A stretch of DNA of 64,000 nucleotides from an uncultured Chloroflexia bacterium (GTDB lineage: Bacteria; Chloroflexota; Anaerolineae; Anaerolineales; Anaerolineaceae). Position numbers and translations under genes: made by a program. The stretch covers positions 2,588,615 to 2,652,614 of the forward strand of contig OY969772.1 in NCBI GenBank assembly GCA_963702935.1, given 5' to 3'. Numbering within the stretch: position 1 is the first letter of the stretch; each line of letters opens with the position of its first letter. Positions 18,635-28,800 of this stretch are shown piece by piece. The notes beneath the pieces were generated by a model. It saw only the letters and a list, made by a program, of their open reading frames with translations. It did no database searches and was not told where the DNA came from.

Positions 18635-19633
18635 GTGGAGAAAACCTTCAGGGCCTTGCGTGTCAATGAAACTGCGGATGGCAAGTTCACCCGTGGCATC
18701 GTCACCCGATCTTTGCGAGATTTACCCCCAGGCGAGGTGTTGGTGCGGGTGCATTATTCTTCCCTGAATTATAAGGATGCCCTGTCCGCTTCAGGGAACA
18801 AGGGCGTAACCAGGAATTATCCGCACACGCCGGGGATCGACGCGGCCGGCGTGGTGGAAGAAAGCGCCAGCCCGGAATTTGCTCCCGGAGATGAAGTGCT
18901 CATCAGCAGCGCCCAGTTCGGGGTGAGCGTCGACGGGGGCTTCTCTGAGTATGCTCGCGTGCCGGCCGGCTGGGTGCTGCGGCGGCCCGCCGGCCTTTCC
19001 CTGAGAGAATGCATGGCCTATGGAGTGCCCGGCTTCACGGCGGCGCTATGCGTGCTGCGCCTGCAAGAGGCCGGCGTCAGGCCGGGTCAGGGTGAGGTGG
19101 TGGTCACCGGGGCTACCGGTGGAGTGGGCAGCCTGGCGGTGGCGTTGCTGGCTCTGTGTGGTTATGCGGTTGTGGCTGCCACCGGCAAGTTGGAGCAGGC
19201 CGATTTCTTGCGCGACCTGGGCGCGCAGGCCGTGATTCTCCGTGAAGAGATCGACGATACCAGCGGCAAAGGCTTACTGAAGAGCCGGTGGGCCGGGGGG
19301 GTGGATACCGTGGGTGGAAATTACCTGTCTACGGTGCTCAAGGGCACGCGTTATGGGGGCGCGGTGGCCTGCTGCGGGAATGCCGCCTCCGGCGAGCTGG
19401 CGACCAGCGTCTATCCTTTCATCCTGCGAGGGGTAAGCCTGTTGGGCGTAGATACGGCCAATGTGGCCACGCCGGTTCGCCAGCAGGTGTGGGAGCGCCT
19501 GGCCGGCGACTGGAAATTGCCGCAGCTCGGCCAGATCACCCATGCCTGTTCTCTGGAAGAGCTTAGCTTCCAAATCGAGCGCATCCTGCACGGCGAGCAA
19601 GTGGGCCGTGTAGTCGTAGAGTTGTTGGGCTGA
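18635..19633 (+). CDS. MDR-family NADPH:quinone/acrylyl-CoA reductase-like oxidoreductase (YhdH/YhfP type)
   Basis: LRVNETADGKFTRGIVTR...VLVRVHYSSLNYKDALSASGNKGVTRNYPHTPGIDAAG...VVVTGATGGVGSLAV. GTG 18635 follows GGTGGAG. Confidence 0.85.
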   Translation: MEKTFRALRVNETADGKFTRGIVTRSLRDLPPGEVLVRVHYSSLNYKDALSASGNKGVTRNYPHTPGIDAAGVVEESASPEFAPGDEVLISSAQFGVSVDGGFSEYARVPAGWVLRRPAGLSLRECMAYGVPGFTAALCVLRLQEAGVRPGQGEVVVTGATGGVGSLAVALLALCGYAVVAATGKLEQADFLRDLGAQAVILREEIDDTSGKGLLKSRWAGGVDTVGGNYLSTVLKGTRYGGAVACCGNAASGELATSVYPFILRGVSLLGVDTANVATPVRQQVWERLAGDWKLPQLGQITHACSLEELSFQIERILHGEQVGRVVVELLG

Positions 19634-19672
19634 CACAAGGCGTCGCATCTATGGATCAAAGGAGGGTTTGAG

Positions 19673-20536
19673 GTGAAGCACAAGGTTGCGCTGATCACCG
19701 ATAGTACCTGCAATATCCCTGCTGACCTCATCGAGCAATACCAGATAACCAGGGTCCCGCTGTATATTCTGTGGGGAGCGGAGCATTTCCGGGAGGGCGT
19801 GGATCTCCAGCCGGAACAGTTCTACGAGCGGCTGGTGTCTTCCCCCAAACTTCCCACCACTTCCCAACCCACGCCGCAGGATTTCCTGGAGGCCTACCGC
19901 AAAGTCCGGCAGGCGGGGGCGGAGGAGATCGTTGCGATCACGATCAGCAGCGCGCTCAGTGGGACGATCAACTCGGCCCGCCAGGCAAGCGAAGCGATGG
20001 ACGTGCCCGTGCACGTGCTGGATTCGAAGTCGACCACCATGGGCCTGGGCTGGCAGGTGCTGGCGGCGGCCCGCGCCCGAGAAGACGGCGGCGACGCCCA
20101 GGCGATGCTCGCGGCTGCCGAGCAGGTGCGCTCCCGCGTGGTGCTGCTGGTCACCCTGAATACCCTGGAATACCTCCACAAGGGCGGGCGCATCGGCGGC
20201 GCCACGCGCTTCATCGGCACGGTGCTGGATTTGAAGCCCCAGATCTACGTCGATCACAACACCGGGCGGGTGGAGGCCGGGGAGCGGGCGCGCACGCGTG
20301 AAAAGTCCCTGGAAGTGCTGTACTCAGGCTTCTTCAAGCAGGTGGACCCGCAGCACGGGCTGCGCATAGCCGTCCTTTACACCACCGGGCCGCAAGACGC
20401 GCAGCGGCTGGCCGAGCGTGTCCGGGCCGAATATCACCCCCAAGAGCTGCTGGTCGCCATTGGCACGCCGGTCCTGGGGGTGCACACCGGCCCGGGTACG
20501 GTGGCGCTGTGCGGGTACGCTTTAGCGGATCACTAG
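19673..20536 (+). CDS. DegV family fatty-acid-binding protein
   Basis: KVALITDSTCNIPADL, TSQPTPQDFLEAY, ITISSALSGT and LEYLHKGGRIG are DegV motifs. Confidence 0.9.
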   Translation: MKHKVALITDSTCNIPADLIEQYQITRVPLYILWGAEHFREGVDLQPEQFYERLVSSPKLPTTSQPTPQDFLEAYRKVRQAGAEEIVAITISSALSGTINSARQASEAMDVPVHVLDSKSTTMGLGWQVLAAARAREDGGDAQAMLAAAEQVRSRVVLLVTLNTLEYLHKGGRIGGATRFIGTVLDLKPQIYVDHNTGRVEAGERARTREKSLEVLYSGFFKQVDPQHGLRIAVLYTTGPQDAQRLAERVRAEYHPQELLVAIGTPVLGVHTGPGTVALCGYALADH

Positions 20537-23500
20537 CGGCAGCATGACCTCATAGAGAGCGACGCGGGTAGTGAGCGCGGCGCTGTCGTGCCTGGCGCCG
20601 TTCCCCTGGGAAGTAGCCGTGAGGGTGACCTCCTCGGAGGCGCCCTGTGGGGCGCCGGCCGGGATCGTCACGGTGACGGTGACGTTCACGCTCGCGCCGG
20701 CGGCCAGGGTGACGTTGGTGGGGGTGCTGGTCGTCCAGGCATGCGTGCCCAGGCTGAAAGTGAACGTATCCGCGACGTTGCCGGTGTTCTTGACCGGCAC
20801 CGTAAAGCTTATCGTCGTGCCGGGGGTGCCGGCCTTGCTCTGAGTGGCCGGGTTGAGATCGACGCCGTACATGCTGTTGGCGGTGGTGGTGAGCTTAGAC
20901 GAGACCAGGGTCGTGCCGTCGCTGGCGGAAGTAAACGTGACGGTCGTATCCTTGCACGCGGCGCCGGCCGCGTCGGCCGGAACGGTCACAGTGACCTTGA
21001 CGTCTGTCGAGGCGCCGGCTAACAGGGGGAAACCTGAGACTGTGTCGCTCACCGCCGGCCAATCGCCGCTGATGCCAATGTTAAAGGTATCGCTGGTATT
21101 GCCGGTGTTGGTCACGTGGAGGACGTACTCCACTTGCGCTCCGGGGTCGCCTGCTCCAGCGGTTTGAGATGGCGTTGAAATGACCCCGTACACAATGCCC
21201 ACCGTGGTGGTCAGGGTAACCTGGGTGGTTTTGCTCCCGTCCGCCTGCGAAGTGGCGCTGATGGTCACACTGGCCGCGTCCCCGTCGAGCACATCGCCGG
21301 GGATGCTCACTTGGACGGGAACGTCCGCCGTGGCGCCGGCTGCCACGGTTACCGAGGATTGGACGGTCGTCGTCCAGTCGGATGCGCCCTTGGAGAGCGT
21401 GAAGGTGTCCTGGGCGTTGCCGGTGTTCTTGACGTGTAGGGTGTAGCTCACGTTCGTGCTCGGAGCGCCGGTGCGGGCGCTCGAATCGGGGGTAACCTGC
21501 ACGCCGTAGACCGCGTTAGCGGTGGTGGTCAGCGTGGCCGTGTCAGAAGTGACGTTGTCTTTGGAGGTAAACCTGGCCGTGGTCGTGTTCTGCGCGCCTC
21601 CCGCGGCGCCGGTTGAGACGGTCACACTGATCTTGACGTCCTTCGAAGCGCCGGCTGCCAGGATGAAGCCCGAAGCCGTGTCGCTGATTGCCGACCAGGG
21701 GCTGTTAAGGCTGATGGCGATGGTGTCGCTGGCGTTGCCGGTGTTGGTGACGTGCAGAGTGTACTCCACCACCGCGCCCGGGTTGCCCGAGCCGGCGGCA
21801 GTTTCGGGGGTGACCGTTACGCTGCGCACGGTACCGGCAGTGGTGGTCAGGGTAAGGCTATCCGTCTTGCTTCCGTCGGCCTGTGAAGTGGCCGTGATGG
21901 TTACTGCGTCAGAATCGCCGGCCAGGGCGCCCGCGGGAATGCTGACCTTCACGCTGGCATCCACCGTATTGCCGGCCCCCACCGTGATGGGGGTGGTGGG
22001 GCCGGTGGTCGACCAGCTTCCGCCGCTCTTGGTGAGGTCGTAAGTATCTTGCACGTTGCCGGTGTTCATGACGTGCAAGGTGTAGGTCACGTCCGTTCCC
22101 GGGTTGCCGGACTTGGCGTTGCTATCGGCGCTGATCTGCACGTCGTGCAGGACGTTGGGCGTGGTGGTCAGGCTGGCCGTGGCCGATTTTGTGCCGTCCC
22201 CCACCGAGGTAAACTTGACTGTCGCGGTGCTGCTTACCCCGCCGGGCGCCTGGCCAGGGATGGTCACGCTGATCTTGACGGTCTTGTTGGCGCCGGCCGC
22301 CAGGGAGAAAGGCGAAGCGGTATCGCTGTTCGCCGACCAGGGGCTGGCGGTCTGAATATCGATGCTGAAGCTGTCGCTCGCGCTGCCGGTGTTGGTCACT
22401 TTGAGGTTGTAGGTTACGCTGGAATCGGGGTTGCCTGAAGCCGCAGCGCTGGTCGGATCGACCGTCACCCCGCGCACCGTGTTGACGTTGGTGGTCAGCG
22501 TAACGGTCGCCTTTGCGTTGGCGTCCGCTTGGGAGGTGGCGGTGAGGGTCACCGCGTCGCTATCCCCGACCTGTGCGCTGCTCGGGATGGTCACGTTCAC
22601 GGTGACGTCCTTCGAGACGCCCGGCCCCATCGTGACCGAGGCAGTAGACGTGGTCGTCCACGCGTGGGCTCCCAGGGTGATATTGAAGGTATCTCCGGCG
22701 GGGTCGCTGCCGGTGTTGGTCAGTGAGAAGGTGTAGCTGGCGGTCGTACCGGGGTCGCCGCTGAGGGTGTGCGGTGGGCTGAAGGAGGCTCCGTGAGTGG
22801 TGTTGGCCGTGGTGGTCAACGTCGAGCTGCCCGTTTGGGAGCCGTCTCCCTGGGAGGTAGCCGTTACCGTCACCGCGTCGGAGCTTCCCCCCAGCGCGTT
22901 CGTGGGGACCTGTACGCCCACCGTGACGTCCTGGGTGGCGCCGGAAGCGACGGTGACGCTGGCGGGAAGGGTAGTGCTCCACGTGCCGCTCTTGGACAGG
23001 GTGAACGTATCGGAGACCGTGCCGGTGTTTTGCACGTGCAGGGTGTAATTCGCCGTCGCGCCCGGATCGCCGGATTTCGCATCCGTCTCCGGGGTGACGC
23101 TTACCCCGTAGGAAACAGGAACCTAAGTCCCCTTCCCGCGTATCATCCAGTTCCCGGCGAAGCCCTGGCTATCGATCAAAGCCACGGATACGTTAGAGCC
23201 GGTCAGGGTTGGTGGATCCGGTACGACGGTGGTGCTGTAATCGGCAGCATACGAGCGCCTTTGTGAGGCGGTGGTGTCAACCGCGGCCGGGGCATCGCTT
23301 ATGCCAGCTCCTCCCGAGCGATTCACCATGCCGATCAGCACGTCCCCGGAGGGCCCATTAAGGGTGACGGGGGTGGCGAGGGTAAACACGTTCCAGGTCG
23401 TATTGTCGGCGTATTGAATGGTGAAATTCTCTTTGTATAGAAAGGTGGCTCCGTTGGCGGGGTTGGTATCGGTGTCCGCATAGACGACCACTTCGATGGT

Positions 23501-23844
23501 ATTGCCTACGCTGGTCGAATCCGGGAAGATGGCCGAGACCTCCTCCAGGGTGAAGGGATAATCAGACGCGGAAGGGGAGAAGCGGTTGAACCACAAGAAC
23601 TGTTTGTCCTGGATACCCGCCAATCGTCCCTGCTGCCGTCGTCGAGGGCCAGGGTAACCTCAGTCGCGTCTGTGGACAGGGAAGCGGAAGGCCGATCCTG
23701 TCCGAGAAGAACGGCCTGTGCCTGTTGGGCCGTATCTTTCGGTGGGGCTTTTGCCTGCACCTCCACGGGGAAGGCCAGGTTGGCTGCCAGGCCCAGGAAT
23801 AGAATAGATGAGGATATCCATTGCCCGATCCTGCGGTTTGACAT
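20522..23844 (-). pseudogene. large secreted repeat protein (N-terminal domain plus 8 CARDB/NEW3-like Ig repeats); interrupted by one frameshift and one in-frame TAG as assembled
   Basis: Signal peptide in ORF 23506..23844. The sense continues in ORF 23123..23623 (FLWFNRFSPSASDYPFTLEEV...), with the frame change within 23620..23660. TAG 23125..23123 is in frame with ORF 20522..23035, and the codons just after it read VPVSYGVSVTPETDAKSGDPGATANYTLHVQNTG, the start of repeat 1. Eight units of about 105 aa alternate between two subtypes. Confidence 0.75.
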
Positions 23845-24216
23845 TGCGATCCCTCCTGTGTTGAGCTTGAAGACCTGAAACCGGCGCGAATGGGGTTCTT
23901 GGCTGCGTTAATTTCCCTGCGATGTCCCCCTTGTGGATGTCGATCAGACGGGTACAGAGAAGTTAAACCGTTCAGCGCCCAGACAGGGATCGATGTTCGA
24001 CGGGTCGACCAACCCCGTGGTGATCATCTGGTGCCAGGTGGCAGGCAATCAGGCACGGCTGCCTGCCGGTAGTCGCATCGAGCTATTCAGTTGTGACGAA
24101 ATTTACCGCGTAATTCGGGTGGTTCGGATTTCAACCCCTTGTCCAAACCTTTAATATTGATCCTTGGTAATAAGAGTATATCTTTGAAAAATGCGTTTGT
24201 CAATCACTTTTGCGGC

Positions 24217-25912
24217 TCAGGTCTCATTGCCCCCGCGCACGATGAAGAACGCCCAGAAAAGGATCACCAGGGCGCCGCCGACCAGGATGCTTCCCAACGT
24301 CTTTTCCCCCGCATCGTAGAAATGTTCTCCACTGACCAGCAAGGCGGCGAAAACCACGCCGCCAAACAGGCGCGTGACCGCCGTTTCCAGGTGGGCGATC
24401 TGCCGGCTGACCTGGGAAATCTGAACGTTTAGCTCCCCGCCTTCGAGTAAGCTCATTACGCGGTCCAGGTGCCCTGGCACGGTGAGCAACGCGCTGACGA
24501 TCTTGCCCAGCTCCTCGATCCATCTGCCCAGGTTCCCGCCGGCTTCCGCCGCGACCAATTTTCGCGCGTAAGGAGCCAACCCTTCCCACACGTTGAACTG
24601 TGGATCCAGGCCGGTGCACATGCCCGAGAGGATCGCCACCGTGCGGCCGAGCAGGAGCAGGTTGTTGGGGATCTGAAAGGGCATGGTGTAGATCAGATCG
24701 CGGAATTCGTGGGTGAGCTGCTCGATCTCCTCCCGGCTGATATTGCGCAGCTCACTCATACTCTTTCCCCACATCGTCTCGAAAGCGCGCAGCTCGGCTT
24801 TTTCGATCAGCTTGAGATCTTGCCCCGGGCAGGAGCACCCCCATCAACTGGTAGGCCTTGATCAGGCGCGAGGTATCGCGCGTGCCAACGGCGATCACCG
24901 TCTCACGCAAGCCGTCGCGCAATTCGGGAGCAACGTGCCCCACCATGCCAAAATCTACGAAGGTGAGCTGCCAGCCCGTCCCATCGCCCTGTTCGGGAAG
25001 GGGCGAGACGAACAGGTTGCCGGGATGCGGATCGGCGTGGAAGAAGCCATCTTCGAAGATCTGCTGCAAGTAGACCTCGAACAGCCGGCTGGCCACGGCG
25101 GCCCGGTCGATGCCGGCCGCGCCGATGGCGGCGTAATCGGTGATCTTGATGGCGAAGACGTCTTCAAGGGTCAGCAGGCAGCGGGTGGTGTGCGACCAGA
25201 CCACGCGTGGGATGCGCACGTCCGCATGGCCGGCGAAGTTGGCGGCGAAGGTCTCCGCGTTTTGGCCTTCTGCCAGGTAATCGATCTCCTGGTGAATGCT
25301 GGTGGCAAACTCTTCGGTCAGCGCCGGCACGTCCGCCCGCTTGCGGATGGGCTGGTAGCGGTTGATGAAGCGGGCCACCTGGCGCAAGGCCATCAGGTCT
25401 GTGTCGATCAGCGCTTCGATATGGGGGCGCTGCACTTTGACGACCACGTTCACGATGGAAGCTGCGCCGTTCGCAAGCGCGTCTCGCGGGTATAACTGCG
25501 CCCGGTGCACCTGGCCGAGCGAGGCGGCTGCCAGGGGAGTCTCGTCGAAGAAAGCATATTTCTCGCTGAGCGGGGCGCCCAGCTCGAGCTCGGCGTGGCG
25601 GCGGATCTCTTCGAAATCCACCGGGGGGACCTCGTCTTGCAGGCCGCTCAATTCCTCGGTGACCTCCGGCGGGAGCACGTCCAGGCGCGTGGAAAGGAAC
25701 TGCCCCACCTTGATCAGCACGCCTCCCATCTGGATGGCGAGAGCGCGAAAGCGCACGGCGATCGAGCGCAGCCGGCTGGCCCGGTTGCGCCGGGAGAGCC
25801 CCCTCAGGCCAATCTTCGGCAGGACGATCTCCCAGAAGATCAGGCTGGCGATGATCCTTCCGAAGAAGAAGAGGATACGACGGTAACGGGCGCGCAGTAA
25901 AGAAGTGGGCAT
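24217..25912 (-). pseudogene. ABC1/UbiB (AarF) family atypical kinase with C-terminal TM helices; frameshifted as assembled
   Basis: AASLGQVHRAQL, HADPHPGNLFV and FVDFGMVG motifs. ORF 24752..26089 reads ...LMGVLLPGA, then the sense continues in ORF 24217..24774 frame as DLKLIEKAELRAFETMWGKSM. The shift is at about 24820..24821. True start is ATG 25912 after AGGAGA. Confidence 0.8.
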
Positions 25913-25978
25913 TTTCTCTCCTGAACGGATATTATAATGTGCTCCTCGGTTAATCACGCTTTGAAAGGAGAAATTGGA

Positions 25979-27024
25979 TTGGCTTCTCGCATTATTTTCC
26001 CCCAGCCACCCGATCGGCCCGGCCTGAGCTGGCGGGCCTTGCAAGTGGAAGACGCCCAGGCCATGCAGGCTCTGGAACGGAGCCTGCACTCCTGGGCGGA
26101 TTCCCGCTGGACCCCGTGGAGGATATCCGCGGCGAGCTGGCCGATCCCCAGAATGGCGCTGTGGAGAATTCCCTCGCGGCGCTCGACGCGCAAGGGGTAT
26201 TGCAAGCGTATGCCTGGGCGCTCCCGCCGCGGCCCTCTCAGGTGGAATATCGGATCGATTTACAATGGGCAGCTTCTATCGAGCTGATCGAAGCGGGGGT
26301 AGGGGATTTCCTCCTGGGCTGGATGGAGGCCTGCGCCGGGCAATCCATTTCTCTTCTGGCGCCAGGCGACTTGCCGGCTTGGTTGAGCCTGTGGTGTTAT
26401 AACGAACGGGAGGACCTGCTCGCACTCTACGCGCGGCACGGATTCCAGGCGCGCCATTCCGAGGTTTTCATGCACCGGGATTTGGGCCGGCCCATCGCGC
26501 CGGCAGTCGTCCCCCAGGGGGTCGAGCTGCTCCCCTGGACCCGGGAGAGGGATGAGCTGATGAGGCAGGCCTACATCGAAGGCTTCCGGGATCGCAATCC
26601 GCAGGTCGAGCAGGGGGTGCCTCCCGCTTACTGGCGGAGATATTTCACGGGAGGGGCCAATTTCTATCCCCCGCTGTCCTTCATCGCCACCTCAGGCGGC
26701 CAGGGGGTGGGCTTCACCCGCTGCCTGATCGACCGGGAAGAAAATGCCCGCAGCGCGCGTCCCACGGGGGAGATCGCCCACATCGCCGTGCGCCCGGGTT
26801 GGAGGCGGCGCGGCCTGGCCGGAGCGCTGCTCGACCGCGTCTTGCTGGGTTTCCGCGAGCTGGGCTTGGAAGACGCCGTGTTGGCCGTGGACGTGAATAA
26901 CGACCGCGCGATGCGGGTCTATGAGCGCGCCGGATTCGTGGCGGTCAAGCAGTACACCAGTTTCAAGAAAGTTCCTCCTTCGCAAGGCTTGACGGAAACC
27001 CAGCCTTGCGAAGGATGGATGTGA
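25979..27024 (+). pseudogene. tandem-GNAT acetyltransferase (MshD-like architecture); frameshifted near the N-terminus as assembled
   Basis: TTG 25979 after AAAGGAG gives LASRIIFPQPPDRPGLSWRALQVEDAQAMQALERS. This parallels YTWRAARREDAPALYRYS of the paralog at 59180..60178. The sense then moves to ORF 26116..27024 (EDIRGELADP...). C-terminal GNAT core IAVRPGWRRRGLAGALL. Confidence 0.65.
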
Positions 27025-27087
27025 AGACGAGCCGGTCTTTGCAAGACGAGAAGGCAGAAATCTAATCCTTCGCAAGGCTTGATAACG

Positions 27088-27447
27088 TTAAGGATTCATG
27101 GCGGTATACAGGGCTACTTTGTTGCCGGTGGGGTCGGCGAAGAAGGCAAACCAGCCCATGCCCGGGATTTCGGATTTCCCTTGCAAGATTTTCCCGCCCA
27201 GCTTTTCGATGCGGGCCAGGTCGGCCGGGATGTCATCCGAGTCGATGTAAACCATCACCGTTCCGGCGGGGTAATCCTCGCTGACCGGGTTGAAGCCGCC
27301 CGCCGGCCCCCCTTCGGCTTTGAAGGTGGCGTAGCTCATCTCGGGAATTTGTTGCACCTCCCAGCCAAAGGCTGCGTTGTAGAACTTGCCGGCCTCGACG
27401 CGGTCGCGGGCGGAAAACTCAATGTGAACGATCGGGTGTTCAGACAT
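27088..27447 (-). CDS. VOC (glyoxalase/bleomycin-resistance fold) family protein
   Basis: 119 aa. IVHIEFSARDRVEAGKFYNAAFGW...GWFAFFADPTGNKVALY is a typical VOC beta-alpha-beta module. Confidence 0.8.
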   Translation of the reverse strand: MSEHPIVHIEFSARDRVEAGKFYNAAFGWEVQQIPEMSYATFKAEGGPAGGFNPVSEDYPAGTVMVYIDSDDIPADLARIEKLGGKILQGKSEIPGMGWFAFFADPTGNKVALYTAMNP

Positions 27448-27560
27448 TTAAACCTCCTGAAGACAAAGAGAAATGGGGGAACATCAGTCGAGAAGAGTTT
27501 AGCACAAATGTTCTCGATATACAAGTACTTTTATCTTAAAGATCAAATTTAGCCTGATAT

Positions 27561-27721
27561 GTAAGCGTTCGGAAACTCGGCTGAAAGCGCTGGCGGTTGA
27601 AACCACGCCTGCCAAGAGCACAAAGCCGACCGCTGTCGGCTGGTTTTCAGTCCACGCAGGTGGCCTTCGTGATTTTTGTAGCTGAGATTTCAATCTCCAG
27701 AGCAGTTACTGAACGCTCTCC
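27561..27721. mobile_element. MITE-like structured repeat, copy C (divergent, complete)
   Basis: 161 bp. Imperfect terminal inverted repeats gtaagcgttcggaaactc and cagttactgaacgctctcc. GATAT flanks both sides (27556..27560 and 27722..27726). The core aligns with copies A and B and ends in gatttcaatc. Confidence 0.6.
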
Positions 27722-27935
27722 GATATAAATAGCGGCAATGGCGACCGGATTCGTCGGGTTGATTCTTCCGCCGATCTGGCCTATACTTGACTTAACCTGT
27801 CAGGTGGGATGAACAGGGTGTGGGATCGACGCAGACAAAGGATGCCTTCACGCTGTTGTGGTACCGGCAGGTCAGATAGCTGCGGGCGGTCATCGCGAGG
27901 GTGTGTTCCGCGGCGCAAGCTTGAGGAGGTTCTGA

Positions 27936-28634
27936 ATGGAGTTCCTGACCCCTGCCGAGATTGAGCTACCGGCCTGGAGAGGGGAGCTGGCTCCGGGAGA
28001 GCCCCAGCAGTCAGAAGGGGGATGGGGGCCGCTGGCAGCCGTCCTGGCAAAATTGGAGGCCTGGCCGGTCTCCGTGGCCCTGGCGGATGCGCCTCGTCCC
28101 TATCGCCAGGCTGCCATGGGCCTGAGCGGACGCTGGTTGGTGCGCCTGGGGTGCGGCCTGCCCGCTCAGGCTGAAGAGGTTCCTATCGCTGAGGCGCAGC
28201 TCACTTTACACCTGCGGCCGCGCAACCGCCTGGCCAACGACACGTCGGTCTACGTAGCCAGCCTGTTTCCCGAACGGATGGGCGTGGAAGAACGCCTTGA
28301 GCTCGTGGTCGGTTTGGGGATGGACCTCAAGTTCTCTATGGGCGAGGACGCCGTCGCGGAGTCCCGGGCCGCCAGGATCTTCTTCCGCAAGGTTTATCCG
28401 GTGATTCAGAGCTTTGGAACGGGGGAGACCGCTCCCTATTGGATCTTCAGACCCCACGGGAAGCGCAACCTGGAGGGTAGCCAGTTCGTTTACGCCGTCC
28501 TCATCGCTTCGCCCAGATCAGAAGGCATCACCGGCTATTCTGACCTGGCGGTGAGCGTGGAAACGCCCTCGGGCAAGGTGCGCTACCACACACCGCGCGG
28601 GATCGATGAGATGACCCATTTCGAAATGCCTTAA
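27936..28634 (+). CDS. hypothetical protein, no recognisable domain
   Basis: 232 aa. GAGGAGG lies 7 nt upstream of the ATG. Composition is normal for coding sequence. Confidence 0.55.
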   Translation: MEFLTPAEIELPAWRGELAPGEPQQSEGGWGPLAAVLAKLEAWPVSVALADAPRPYRQAAMGLSGRWLVRLGCGLPAQAEEVPIAEAQLTLHLRPRNRLANDTSVYVASLFPERMGVEERLELVVGLGMDLKFSMGEDAVAESRAARIFFRKVYPVIQSFGTGETAPYWIFRPHGKRNLEGSQFVYAVLIASPRSEGITGYSDLAVSVETPSGKVRYHTPRGIDEMTHFEMP

Positions 28635-28800
28635 TCGATGCGCCTTGGCCACAAAACATCAGCCAACTCATGTGAATTAAGATATAATATATCTGATCAC
28701 ATAAAAGGTGTGTGCAACCGTTTAGCGTTGAGTTCCTCTTATGGAACGCTAAGGCGGCTTTTCTATAAATCCCTCGACCTACCCTCAGGAGAGAATCGGA

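Noticed and set aside
20522-23035. Repeat region as an assembly collapse or very recent duplication, or as a diversity-generating retroelement target
   Set aside because: The eight units are clearly diverged at the nucleotide level, no reverse transcriptase or template repeat is present, and the variation is not adenine-focused.
23123-23125. In-frame TAG as pyrrolysine or a reassigned codon
   Set aside because: TAG is used as an ordinary stop by neighbouring genes (e.g. at 6028..6030, 7603..7605 and 32133..32135). No pyl genes are seen.
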